Shown here piece by piece: positions 10,822 to 19,648 of a DNA stretch of 64,000 nucleotides. The notes beneath the pieces are model-generated. The model was not told the DNA's origin. It searched no databases and saw only the letters and a program-made list of their open reading frames with translations. The position numbers were made by a program, and so were the translations under genes. This DNA is from an uncultured Lachnoclostridium sp. (GTDB lineage: Bacteria > Bacillota > Clostridia > Lachnospirales > Lachnospiraceae), in NCBI GenBank assembly GCA_946491795.1, contig CAMLYF010000006.1, positions 16,504-80,503 on the forward strand, written 5' to 3'. Each line of letters begins with the position of its first letter. Positions within the stretch are counted from its first letter, which is position 1.

Positions 10822-11736
10822 ATGAAGAAAAAAAGAAGCAGAGTGTCCGGCTATAATAAGTGGGGATATATTTTCCTTATCCCATTTACGCTGGCATATG
10901 TAATATTCCAGCTCATACCGCTGGTAAGTACAATCTATAACAGTTTTTTTGAAAACTATATGTCCGGACTGACTCAGATCGGTCCGACGTTTGTAGGACT
11001 CGACAACTATGTGCAGCTCTTTGAGGGGGGAGATATCTGGAAATATGCGAAGAATACAATGGTATTGTGGATCATGTGCTTTATTCCTCAGATCATCTTA
11101 TCACTGCTGCTGGGGGCGTGGTTCTCAGATACAAGGCTCAAGCTGAGAGGTTCCAGATTTTTCAAGACGGTGATCTACCTGCCGAACCTGATCATGGCGT
11201 CAGCTTTCGCTATGTTGTTCTTTACATTGTTTTCGGACGGAGGACCGATCAACTCACTGCTTATGCAAATCGGATTTATCGACACGCCGTATAAGTTCCT
11301 CTCCAATACAGGAAGCGCAAGGGGACTGATCGCTCTTATGAACTGTCTGATGTGGTTTGGAAATACGACGATCCTTCTGATGGCCGGCATGATGGGAATT
11401 GATACGAATCTCTTCGAGGCGGCAGAAGTGGACGGGGCAACCTCTACTCAGGTATTTTATAAGATCACGCTCCCGCTTCTGAGACCTATCCTCGTATACG
11501 TGATCATTACTTCCCTGATCGGCGGATTACAGCTGTTTGATGTTCCACAGATCCTGACCAACGGAACCGGAGATCCGATGCGTTCTACCATGACGCTGAT
11601 CATGTTCCTCAACAAGCATCTGTTCAGTAAGAATTACGGCATGGCCGGCGCTCTTTCGGTTGTATTGTTCATCATGACGGGTATCCTGAGCCTTATCGTA
11701 TTCAAGGTGACAGGAAACGATAAGAGAAAGGGGTAG
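10822..11736 (+). CDS. Sugar ABC transporter permease (MalF-like)
   Basis: 304 aa, multi-TM, with the EAA-loop motif EAAEVDGATSTQVFYKITLP. Confidence 0.9.
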   Translation: MKKKRSRVSGYNKWGYIFLIPFTLAYVIFQLIPLVSTIYNSFFENYMSGLTQIGPTFVGLDNYVQLFEGGDIWKYAKNTMVLWIMCFIPQIILSLLLGAWFSDTRLKLRGSRFFKTVIYLPNLIMASAFAMLFFTLFSDGGPINSLLMQIGFIDTPYKFLSNTGSARGLIALMNCLMWFGNTTILLMAGMMGIDTNLFEAAEVDGATSTQVFYKITLPLLRPILVYVIITSLIGGLQLFDVPQILTNGTGDPMRSTMTLIMFLNKHLFSKNYGMAGALSVVLFIMTGILSLIVFKVTGNDKRKG

Positions 11737-11740
11737 GATT

Positions 11741-12607
11741 ATGAGCGGAAAAAACAATGACGGTTTAAAGAAAGGCTTGGGAATCAAGGCGCGAAGAATT
11801 CTGGCATATATTATCCTTATTATCATAAGTTTCTTCTGCCTGTTCTGGTTCTACATATTGTTTATCAATGCCACAAGGTCAAATGGAGAACTGCAGGCCG
11901 GATTTACACTCCTGCCGAGCACACATGCGCTAGACAACTGGAAAAACCTTCTCCATGGTACGCTACCCATTGTACGGGGCATGTTGAACAGTTTGATCAT
12001 CGCCGGTTCGAGCGCAGTGCTGAGCGTGTATTTTTCAACCATGACAGCGTATGCCATCCATGCATATGATTTCAAACTGAAGAAATATATCTATCCGTTT
12101 ATCTTGATGATCATGATGATCCCGACACAGGTGACGGCGCTTGGATTCGTACAGCTTGTATCCCGTATGGGCCTTGAAGATTCATTTATACCATTGATAT
12201 GCACGACGATCGCGGCACCGGTTACATTCTTCTATATGAAGCAATATATGGAAAGCACCCTTCCGCTTGCTCTGATCGAGGCGGCAAGGATTGACGGATC
12301 GGGCGAGTTCCGGACATTTAACCACATCGTGCTTCCGCTTATGAAACCAGCGATCGCGGTACAGGCAATTTTCACATTTGTGAGCAGCTGGAACAATTAC
12401 TTCACGCCGGCATTGATCCTGCATGATGACAATAAAAAGACACTGCCTATCCTGATCGCGCAGCTGCGTGCCGCAGACTGGCTGAAGTTTGATATGGGGC
12501 AGGTGTATATGGCAATCGCATTCTCCATCTTCCCGGTGATCATCGTGTATCTGGTATTGTCCAGACAGATCGTGCAGGGTGTTGCAGTGGGCAGTGTGAA
12601 AGAATAA
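11741..12607 (+). CDS. Sugar ABC transporter permease (MalG-like)
   Basis: 288 aa, multi-TM, with the EAA-loop motif EAARIDGSGEFRTFNHIVLP. Confidence 0.9.
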   Translation: MSGKNNDGLKKGLGIKARRILAYIILIIISFFCLFWFYILFINATRSNGELQAGFTLLPSTHALDNWKNLLHGTLPIVRGMLNSLIIAGSSAVLSVYFSTMTAYAIHAYDFKLKKYIYPFILMIMMIPTQVTALGFVQLVSRMGLEDSFIPLICTTIAAPVTFFYMKQYMESTLPLALIEAARIDGSGEFRTFNHIVLPLMKPAIAVQAIFTFVSSWNNYFTPALILHDDNKKTLPILIAQLRAADWLKFDMGQVYMAIAFSIFPVIIVYLVLSRQIVQGVAVGSVKE

Positions 12608-12637
12608 ACAAGAAAATAAAAAGAGAATGAGAGGGGA

Positions 12638-12670
12638 TTTACCTGCGGGGATTTTGTCTTCGCAGGTAAA
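12638..12670 (+). terminator. Stem-loop after the ABC operon
   Basis: 10-bp stem TTTACCTGCG / CGCAGGTAAA with a 13-nt loop. The downstream T-tract is weak. Confidence 0.45.
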
Positions 12671-12737
12671 AGTTGTATTCCGACATCAGTACCATTCATA
12701 TTACTCAGACAAGGTTCCAAAGAAGGGGTGGGGCACA

Positions 12738-13073
12738 GTGGCACTAGAGAAAAAAGATATATTGTCAGTCAAAATGTTTGGAAACTTTTCCATGCTGTAT
12801 AACGGCGTATCTCTGTCTGGGCAGAAAAGCGGTGAATCCCAGTTTATAACTCTGATGCAGCTTCTGATCCATAACCGGAACCGGGGAGTCAGCCGGGACA
12901 TGGTGGAGGAAGATGCAGAGATCTTCGAGAAACTGTACAGAAAAGGCAGAGACACAGCTGATCCCGATGAACGCGTGAAGATTATGGCAAAGGCCTGCGA
13001 GTGGTATACGGGAGAGTTCCTGAAATCCTATTCCGGCGAGATGTGGATCGCAACGGAAGCCAAGAGATACTAG
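12738..13073 (+). pseudogene. Truncated SARP/BTAD-like transcriptional activator remnant
   Basis: LEKKDILSVKMFGNFSMLYNGVSLSGQKSGESQFITLMQLLIHNRNRGVSRDMVEE resembles the winged-helix N-terminus of large BTAD/TPR regulators. Only ~110 aa remain before the stop, with an apparent internal deletion after DMVEE. Confidence 0.5.
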
Positions 13074-13104
13074 ATCATGTTCTACAAAAGCGTGGAGGAC
13101 ATCG

Positions 13105-13901
13105 TTTTCCGAAGGCTATACACCTAAGATTACCGGGCAGGCAGAAGGTGGCTATATAATCACCAACACCCATATGCCGGAGACAGTAAGCATTACGGGA
13201 AGCAAGACATGGAATGATGAAGGCAATGAAGGAGCAAGGCCTGAATCTATCATAATCCGGCTGTATGCAGATGGAAACCAGGTGACCGAAAACCAGTGAG
13301 CCCGGATGAAGACGGGAACTGGAACTGGAGCTTTACGAACCTGCCGAAGTACAAAGAAGGTGCAGTTGGCAAGGAGATTGTTTACACCATCAGTGAGGAT
13401 GCAGTAGAGAATTACACGACCGAGATAGATGGTTATAACGCGACTAACACCTATCAGCCTGGGAAGACCAGCGTCAGCGTTGTGAAGAGCTGGAATGATT
13501 CCGACAACCGTGGCGGAAAACGGCCGGACAGCGTGCAAGTACAGCTTTACGCTGATGGAAAGGCGATGGGTGATCCGATTGAACTGAATAACTCTGGAAA
13601 CTGGCGGTATACTTGGTCAGATCTGGATGTAAAAGTAGATGGCAATAAGGTGGAATATACGGTGAAAGAAGTTGGTGAGAGCAAAGGAAGTGTTGATTTT
13701 AATGGAACTGGGTACAATGTAACTTATACAGGAGACGCTTCAAAGGGTTATGTCATTACTAACAGCTACAATGCCACATCAACAGGAGTTCAGACCGAAG
13801 ATAATACGTCGGCCACTCCTAGACTGGCAATGATGATTGCGGCAATGGCAGTGGCAGGTATGACCGTAATGTATAGACGCCGCAGACGTGATGAGATTTA
13901 A
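13105..13901 (+). pseudogene. Cna-B-repeat surface adhesin remnant (5'-truncated, frameshifted)
   Basis: Frame 1 reads ...EGYTPKITGQAEGGYIITNTHMPETVSITGSKTWNDEGNEGARPESIIIRLYADGNQVTENQ, then stops (TGA 13297-13299). A frame shifted by one nucleotide continues VSPDEDGNWNWSFTNLPKY...SVVKSWNDSDNRGGKRPDSVQVQLYADGKAMG... and ends in a hydrophobic anchor plus an RRRRR tail. There is no start codon or signal peptide. Confidence 0.7.
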
Positions 13902-13905
13902 AATT

Positions 13906-13935
13906 TGAATAAATTCTTCCGTTTTACAGATACTA
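13906..13935 (+). promoter_or_regulatory. Sigma-G-type forespore promoter of spoVT
   Basis: TGAATA (13906-13911), 17-nt spacer, GATACTA (13929-13935). The Bacillus sigma-G consensus as I recall it is TGAATA-N17/18-CATACTA. Confidence 0.55.
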
Positions 13936-13994
13936 CAATTACTGACAGTAATAAGCATTTTATGTAGATATCTGTAAAACGGAGGAATTTTTAT

Positions 13995-14537
13995 ATGAAA
14001 GCAACGGGAATAGTGAGGAGGATCGACGATCTGGGGCGTGTCGTCATCCCGAAAGAGATCAGAAGGACGCTCCGCATACGGGAAGGAGACCCGCTGGAAA
14101 TTTTTACGGACCGGGAAGGGGAAATCATATTAAAGAAATATTCTCCAATCGGTGAGCTTGGTACTCTGGCAAAGATCTATGCAGAAAGCCTTTCCCAGAC
14201 GCTCGGCTGCACAGTGTGCATCACAGACACAGATCAGGTTGTGGCTGCTTCAGGCAGTGGGAAAAAAGAACTGCAGGATCAGTTCATCGGCAGGGAACTG
14301 GATCGATTATTAAAAGACAGGGGACAGCTCCTTGCGGGAAGCCAAGATTCGTCGTACATCAAAGTAGTGCCGGACATGAAAGAATTTCGCGATGAGGCAA
14401 TATGCCCTATCATAAGCGAAGGAGATGTGATCGGCTCGGTAGTGCTTTTAAATAAAGACCAGAAGAAGAAATTCGGCGAAGTAGAACAGAGAGTGGCTTC
14501 CAGCGCTGCGGATTTCCTGGGGCGGCAGATGTCATAG
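13995..14537 (+). CDS. spoVT: Stage V sporulation protein T (AbrB-type DNA-binding domain plus GAF-like domain)
   Basis: MKATGIVRRIDDLGRVVIPKEIRRTLRIREGDPLEIF is the SpoVT/AbrB swapped-hairpin motif. The 180-aa length fits SpoVT rather than AbrB. GGAGG RBS. Confidence 0.9.
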   Translation: MKATGIVRRIDDLGRVVIPKEIRRTLRIREGDPLEIFTDREGEIILKKYSPIGELGTLAKIYAESLSQTLGCTVCITDTDQVVAASGSGKKELQDQFIGRELDRLLKDRGQLLAGSQDSSYIKVVPDMKEFRDEAICPIISEGDVIGSVVLLNKDQKKKFGEVEQRVASSAADFLGRQMS

Positions 14538-14658
14538 GAGAGAAAACGTGCGTAATTTCCTTCTATACCATATATAATTTTGTCATAATCTTTTGTCTGC
14601 GGGCATATTATTTTATCAGTAGGACAAAGACTGACAAGTATGTTTCGGGAGGAAAAGG

Positions 14659-15045
14659 ATGGAAAAAAAGACAGGCGGAAGACAGGGAATCGAACAGAGA
14701 GCGGTTGATGTGCTCAAAGCACTTTTATGTGCCTATGTAGTGACTGGGATATTGCTTCTTGTTTTAACCTTATTACTCTATAAAGCAGGGCTGAGCGAGG
14801 AAAATGTTAATGCAGGTATTATCCTGACTTATGTGATCTCTACCTTTTCCGGAGGATTTGTGATCGGGAAACTGGTTGGGGTGAGAAAATTCTTATGGGG
14901 GCTGCTTTTAGGAGTGGTTTATTTTGTGCTTCTGCTGCTGATCTCATTGGGAATTTATCATTCGCTACAGTCTGATCTGATGAATTTAGCTACAACCTTT
15001 CTGCTTTGTGCAGGAGGGGGGATGCTGGGAGGCATGATATCATAA
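14659..15045 (+). CDS. Small glycine-rich integral membrane protein, function unknown
   Basis: 128 aa with 3-4 predicted TM helices. GGGAGGAAAAGG RBS region. Confidence 0.6.
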   Translation: MEKKTGGRQGIEQRAVDVLKALLCAYVVTGILLLVLTLLLYKAGLSEENVNAGIILTYVISTFSGGFVIGKLVGVRKFLWGLLLGVVYFVLLLLISLGIYHSLQSDLMNLATTFLLCAGGGMLGGMIS

Positions 15046-15053
15046 AAAAGTAC

Positions 15054-15082
15054 TTTAAAATCCTCTTGTCCTGTGATATAAT
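15054..15082 (+). promoter_or_regulatory. Sigma-A-type promoter (extended -10) for the SCIFF peptide gene
   Basis: TTTAAA (15054-15059), 17-nt spacer, TG-n-TATAAT (TG 15074-15075, TATAAT 15077-15082). Confidence 0.55.
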
Positions 15083-15121
15083 GTTACGAGTATAAGTTGA
15101 AGAAATAGAGGAGGACATCAC

Positions 15122-15265
15122 ATGAAACACATTAAGACATTAAATACACAGACATTAAACAATACAGTAAAAAAAGGCGGATGCGGTGAGTGCCAGACAT
15201 CATGTCAGTCAGCGTGCAAGACATCCTGTACTGTAGGAAACCAGACCTGCGAGAACAGAAAATAA
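15122..15265 (+). CDS. scfA: Six-cysteine peptide SCIFF (ranthipeptide precursor)
   Basis: Not in the ORF track because it is shorter than 60 aa. My translation gives MKHIKTLNTQTLNNTVKKGGCGECQTSCQSACKTSCTVGNQTCENRK (47 aa). Six Cys lie at positions 21, 24, 28, 32, 36 and 43. GGAGG RBS 8 nt upstream. Immediately upstream of a radical SAM/SPASM gene. Confidence 0.9.
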   Translation: MKHIKTLNTQTLNNTVKKGGCGECQTSCQSACKTSCTVGNQTCENRK

Positions 15266-15297
15266 TCATATTCGCAGCAACAAAAGAACAATGGGGG

Positions 15298-15326
15298 AAG
15301 GCAGCGGTTTAATAAGCCGCTGCCTT
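15298..15326 (+). promoter_or_regulatory. Intercistronic stem-loop between the precursor and maturase genes
   Basis: 10-bp stem AAGGCAGCGG (15298-15307) / CCGCTGCCTT (15317-15326) with no T-tract. Consistent with differential precursor/enzyme expression. Confidence 0.5.
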
Positions 15327-15400
15327 ATGCATGTCCGCCGGGCCCGGCAACGGGCGGTGGCGGTGTATGTTTCAGAGAAAAATGAAAGAGAGGTACCCTT

Positions 15401-16798
15401 GTGATACATCTGTATCAGAATAACGGATATAATATTGTCCTCGATGTGAACAGCGGCGCGGTCCATGTAGTGGATCAGGAGGCATATGATGTGATAGGCG
15501 TCCTTGAGAAGCAGAATGAGTTCCATACGCCGGAAACATTGAGAGAACCGGAAACTTTGGAGTATCTGAAATCAGAACTGGGCGGCCGTTATGAAGAGGA
15601 GGACATTAAGGATATCCTTGAAGCGGTCACTGCGCTGACGGAGGAAGGACGCCTGTTTACCCGGGATGTATATGAAGATTTTATCGATGAAGTAAAGCAG
15701 CGGAAGACAGTAGTAAAAGCACTCTGTCTTCATATTGCCCATGACTGCAACCTTGCATGTAAATACTGTTTTGCAGAAGAGGGAGAGTACCATGGGAGAC
15801 GTGCGCTTATGTCCTATGAAGTGGGAAAGAAGGCTCTGGACTTCCTGATCGCGAATTCCGGAAAGAGAAGAAATCTGGAAGTGGACTTCTTTGGCGGGGA
15901 ACCGCTGATGAACTGGCAGGTTGTGAAAGACCTGGTAGCATATGGAAGAGAGCAGGAGAAGATCCATGACAAACACTTTCGTTTCACTCTTACGACAAAC
16001 GGCGTGCTTTTAAATGACGAGGTGCAGGAGTTTGTCAACCGGGAGATGGACAACGTGGTCTTAAGTCTTGACGGGAGAAAAGAAGTCAATGATAAGATGC
16101 GCCCGTTCAGGAACGGAAAAGGAAGCTATGACCTGATCGTTCCCAAGTTCCAGAAACTTGCGGAGAGCAGGCATCAGCAGAAATACTATATACGAGGCAC
16201 ATTTACGCGGAATAATCTGGATTTTTCCAATGATGTGCTGCATTTTGCGGAGCTTGGCTTTGAACAGATATCCATCGAGCCGGTAGTAGGAGAGGATACA
16301 GATCCGTATGCGATCCGTAAAGAGGATCTGCCGGTGATCTTTGAGGAGTATGACAAGCTGGCCAAGATCATGGTGGACCGGGAGAGAGAAGGAAGAGGCT
16401 TTACATTCTTCCACTTTATGATTGATCTTGAGGGCGGTCCCTGTGTGTCCAAGCGCTTGTCAGGATGCGGATCAGGTACAGAGTATCTTGCCGTGACACC
16501 GTGGGGAGATCTGTATCCGTGTCATCAGTTCGTGGGACAGGAAGAGTTCCTGATGGGAAATGTAGACGACGGAATTACAAAGCCCGAAATCGCGGATGAG
16601 TTCCGGGGATGCAGTGTCTACTCAAAAGAAAGCTGTAAAAAGTGTTTCGCCAGATTTTACTGCAGCGGCGGCTGTATGGCGAATTCATATAAGTTCCATC
16701 ACACCATCAACGATACATATGAAGTGAGCTGCGAGATGGAACGCAAGCGTGTAGAGTGCGCGATCATGATAAAAGCGGCTCTTGCCGATCAGGCGTGA
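15401..16798 (+). CDS. scfB: SCIFF radical SAM/SPASM maturase (thioether-forming)
   Basis: 465 aa. CX3CX2C motif CNLACKYC. Cys-rich C-terminal SPASM region (CGSGTEY..., CKKCFARFYCSGGC). Adjacent to the SCIFF peptide. Alternative GTG start. Confidence 0.9.
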   Translation: MIHLYQNNGYNIVLDVNSGAVHVVDQEAYDVIGVLEKQNEFHTPETLREPETLEYLKSELGGRYEEEDIKDILEAVTALTEEGRLFTRDVYEDFIDEVKQRKTVVKALCLHIAHDCNLACKYCFAEEGEYHGRRALMSYEVGKKALDFLIANSGKRRNLEVDFFGGEPLMNWQVVKDLVAYGREQEKIHDKHFRFTLTTNGVLLNDEVQEFVNREMDNVVLSLDGRKEVNDKMRPFRNGKGSYDLIVPKFQKLAESRHQQKYYIRGTFTRNNLDFSNDVLHFAELGFEQISIEPVVGEDTDPYAIRKEDLPVIFEEYDKLAKIMVDREREGRGFTFFHFMIDLEGGPCVSKRLSGCGSGTEYLAVTPWGDLYPCHQFVGQEEFLMGNVDDGITKPEIADEFRGCSVYSKESCKKCFARFYCSGGCMANSYKFHHTINDTYEVSCEMERKRVECAIMIKAALADQA

Positions 16799-16857
16799 GA
16801 AGAGCGGCGTCATGTGAGGATAAAACATAAAAGCGCAGAAGAAAGGAATGGAAAATC

Positions 16858-19224
16858 ATGAAAAAAAGCAGAGGCATATTAAGCCTGATTCTGATAGCGG
16901 CTGTCATGGTATTCCTCGGAGTGACCTCGATCCACGGACTGAACTCCAAGGGTATGGGAGCGGCCCGTAATATCAATCTCGGACTTGACCTTGAAGGCGG
17001 TGTGAGTATCACTTATGAGGCTGTCGGAGATACGCCGTCCGATGAGGATATGAAAGATACGGTTTATAAGCTTCAGAGACGTGTGGAAGAGTACAGCACC
17101 GAGGCACAGGCTTATCAGGTGGGCGACAACCGGGTCGGAATCGAGATCCCGGGAGTACAGGACGCCAATGAAATACTGGAAGAACTGGGACAGCCGGGAT
17201 CGCTGTATTTTATCAGACATCTGGACAGCGACGGCAATGAGAACTACACTTTAAATGCAGATGGAACAGGTTATGTACTGACGAAGTCCATCGAAGAACT
17301 TCAGGAAGACGGTTCTATCGTCCTGACCGGTACAGAGGTTGAGAGCGCTACGGCGGGAGCCCTCTCAGATAACACCACAAGCGCTACGGAATACGGCGTT
17401 GACCTGACTCTGACAGACGAAGGTACGAAAGCGTTTGCCGAGGCCACAGAGGAGGCATATAACAACAATCATGATTCCATCGCTATCTACTATGACGGTG
17501 ATCTGATCAGTGTTCCAAGCGTCAATAATGTTATCGAGAACGGCCGGGCGCAGATCAGCGGTAATATGTCATATGAAGAGGCTGACAGCATTGCCTCCAC
17601 GATCCGCATCGGCGGTCTGAATGTAGAGCTGAAGGAAATCAGTTCTGAAGTGGTTGGCGCGCAGCTCGGACAGGAGGCGGTCAGCACCAGCCTTCTGGCA
17701 GGAGCCATCGGTCTTGTGATCGTATGTCTCTTTATGTGCTTTGTATATCTGCTGCCGGGATTTGCATCAAGCCTTGCGCTTCTGATCTACACAGGTCTGA
17801 TCCTTGTGCTTTTGAATGCCTTTGATATAACACTGACCCTTCCGGGTATCGCGGGTATTATCCTCGGTATCGGTATGGCGGTCGATGCGAATGTTATCAT
17901 CTTTGCCCGTGTGAAAGAAGAACTGACAGCGGGGGCTTCCGTACACAGTGCGTTGAAAGCCGGATTCCATAAAGCTATGTCCGCAATTATTGACGGAAAC
18001 GTTACAACCCTGATCGCGGCAGCAGTGCTGTGGTTCAGAGGAAGCGGAACAGTAAGAGGATTTGCGCAGACACTGGCTCTGGGTATCGTGGTATCCATGT
18101 TCACCGCACTGGTCATCACGCGGCTGATCATCAATTCTTTCTATGCAATAGGCATCAGAAATGAGAAGCTTTACGCGAAGAAACTTAAGAAGCGTAAACC
18201 GATCGATTTCCTCGGAAAACGCAGAGTATTCTTTATCATTTCTATTATTATGTGCCTGAGCGGATTCGTGGGGATGGGAATCAATCACGCGCGCGGAATC
18301 GGCGCTATGAACTACAGCCTTGATTTCGTGGGCGGTACATCTACTACGGTAACATTTGATCAGCAATACACGCTGGATGAGATTGACAGCGAGATGATTC
18401 CGGATCTGGAAGAGATTACCGGAGACCCGAATATTCAGGTACAGACTGTTCAGGATACTACACAGGTAGTATTCAAGACACAGACTCAGGATCTGTCGGA
18501 AAGAGAAGCGTTTGCGAAGTATATGTCGGATAACTACGGGGTGGCCGAGAAGGACATCGAGGTCCGGAATATCAGCGGTACCGTAAGTTCCGAGATGCGT
18601 ACGGACGCGATTGTCGCAGTGATCATAGCAACAATCTGTATGCTGATCTACATCTGGTTCAGATTTAAGGATATCCGGTTCGCGACCAGCGCGGTCATCG
18701 CCCTGGTGCACGACGTGCTCGTAGTACTGGCTTTCTATGTGATCGCCAGAGTGTCCGTCGGAAATACATTTATCGCATGTATGCTGACGATTGTCGGATA
18801 TTCGATCAACGCAACGATCGTTATCTTCGACCGTATCCGTGAGGAGCTTAAGCTGAATAAGAAAGAGGATCTGAAAGAGCTGGTCAACAGATGTATCACA
18901 CAGACACTGACCAGAAGTATCTATACGAACCTGACTACATTTATTATGGTTGTCGTACTCTACGTACTGGGCGTAAGTTCCATCAAAGAGTTCGCAGCTC
19001 CGCTGATGGTAGGTATTGCCTGCGGAGCTTATACATCTGTATGTATCACAGGCGCCCTGTGGTATGTCATGAAGATACGCACGGATAAGACGGTTATTGC
19101 TGCCACACAGGCCGCAGCTTCTGTTAAAAATGATGAGATAAAAGCAGCAGCTGACAAGAATGCGGCTGAGACACAGAGCAGCAGAACCGGGAAAAAACAT
19201 AAGAAAAAGAAGAAAAAACGTTAA
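16858..19224 (+). CDS. secDF: Fused protein translocase subunit SecDF
   Basis: 788 aa. A SecD-like N-terminal half with a large periplasmic loop is followed by a SecF-like half, each with 6 TM helices. Lys-rich C-terminal tail. Confidence 0.9.
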   Translation: MKKSRGILSLILIAAVMVFLGVTSIHGLNSKGMGAARNINLGLDLEGGVSITYEAVGDTPSDEDMKDTVYKLQRRVEEYSTEAQAYQVGDNRVGIEIPGVQDANEILEELGQPGSLYFIRHLDSDGNENYTLNADGTGYVLTKSIEELQEDGSIVLTGTEVESATAGALSDNTTSATEYGVDLTLTDEGTKAFAEATEEAYNNNHDSIAIYYDGDLISVPSVNNVIENGRAQISGNMSYEEADSIASTIRIGGLNVELKEISSEVVGAQLGQEAVSTSLLAGAIGLVIVCLFMCFVYLLPGFASSLALLIYTGLILVLLNAFDITLTLPGIAGIILGIGMAVDANVIIFARVKEELTAGASVHSALKAGFHKAMSAIIDGNVTTLIAAAVLWFRGSGTVRGFAQTLALGIVVSMFTALVITRLIINSFYAIGIRNEKLYAKKLKKRKPIDFLGKRRVFFIISIIMCLSGFVGMGINHARGIGAMNYSLDFVGGTSTTVTFDQQYTLDEIDSEMIPDLEEITGDPNIQVQTVQDTTQVVFKTQTQDLSEREAFAKYMSDNYGVAEKDIEVRNISGTVSSEMRTDAIVAVIIATICMLIYIWFRFKDIRFATSAVIALVHDVLVVLAFYVIARVSVGNTFIACMLTIVGYSINATIVIFDRIREELKLNKKEDLKELVNRCITQTLTRSIYTNLTTFIMVVVLYVLGVSSIKEFAAPLMVGIACGAYTSVCITGALWYVMKIRTDKTVIAATQAAASVKNDEIKAAADKNAAETQSSRTGKKHKKKKKKR

Positions 19225-19279
19225 ATCCCTTAATAAACAGAGGATCCGGAAAGTGATGAAACACCAGACATCGCTTTTC

Positions 19280-19566
19280 GGATCCTTTGATGATCTGAGG
19301 AGATCCCTGGGGATGGTTATTCAGGATACGCACTTGTTTACGGGGACTATTGCCGATAATATCAGGTACGGGAAACTGGACGCCACGGATGAGGAAGTGA
19401 TAAGAGCGGCAGAGCTTGCCAATGCAGACTCCTTTATCAGGAGACTTCCCGACGGATATAATACGATGCTGCACAGCCGCCGGTACTGATCCTTGACGAG
19501 GCTACATCCTCTATAGATACAAGGACAGAGCGGCTGATCGAAAAGGGAATGTACGAGCTGGAGTAA
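19280..19566 (+). pseudogene. Remnant of the nucleotide-binding domain of an MsbA-type ABC exporter
   Basis: [65 protein letters not shown], then a frame break, then [25 protein letters not shown]. There is no Walker A, and the LSGGQ signature is deleted at the junction. Confidence 0.7.
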
Positions 19567-19648
19567 GCGCGCAGGAAACAGCTATTGACACAGTATAGAA
19601 AATAGCAGAGAATAGAAAAGAACGTTTGTACCAACAGAGGAAAAATAT

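Noticed and set aside
13294-13300. Possible programmed -1 ribosomal frameshift joining the two Cna-B frames
   Set aside because: The upstream frame has no start codon, signal peptide or RBS and begins at a deletion breakpoint. A pseudogene indel is far more parsimonious than recoding.
17767-19200. 477-aa ORF on the minus strand
   Set aside because: It lies entirely antisense to the well-supported secDF gene. Its composition is Cys/His/Asp/Arg-rich and low-complexity, it has no RBS and shows no recognisable motifs. This is a typical shadow ORF.
19186-19224. A-rich poly-lysine coding tract at the secDF 3' end (KKHKKKKKKR) as a slippage or frameshift site
   Set aside because: The ORF ends cleanly in frame, and a basic cytoplasmic tail is plausible. 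Nothing downstream continues a SecF-like frame.
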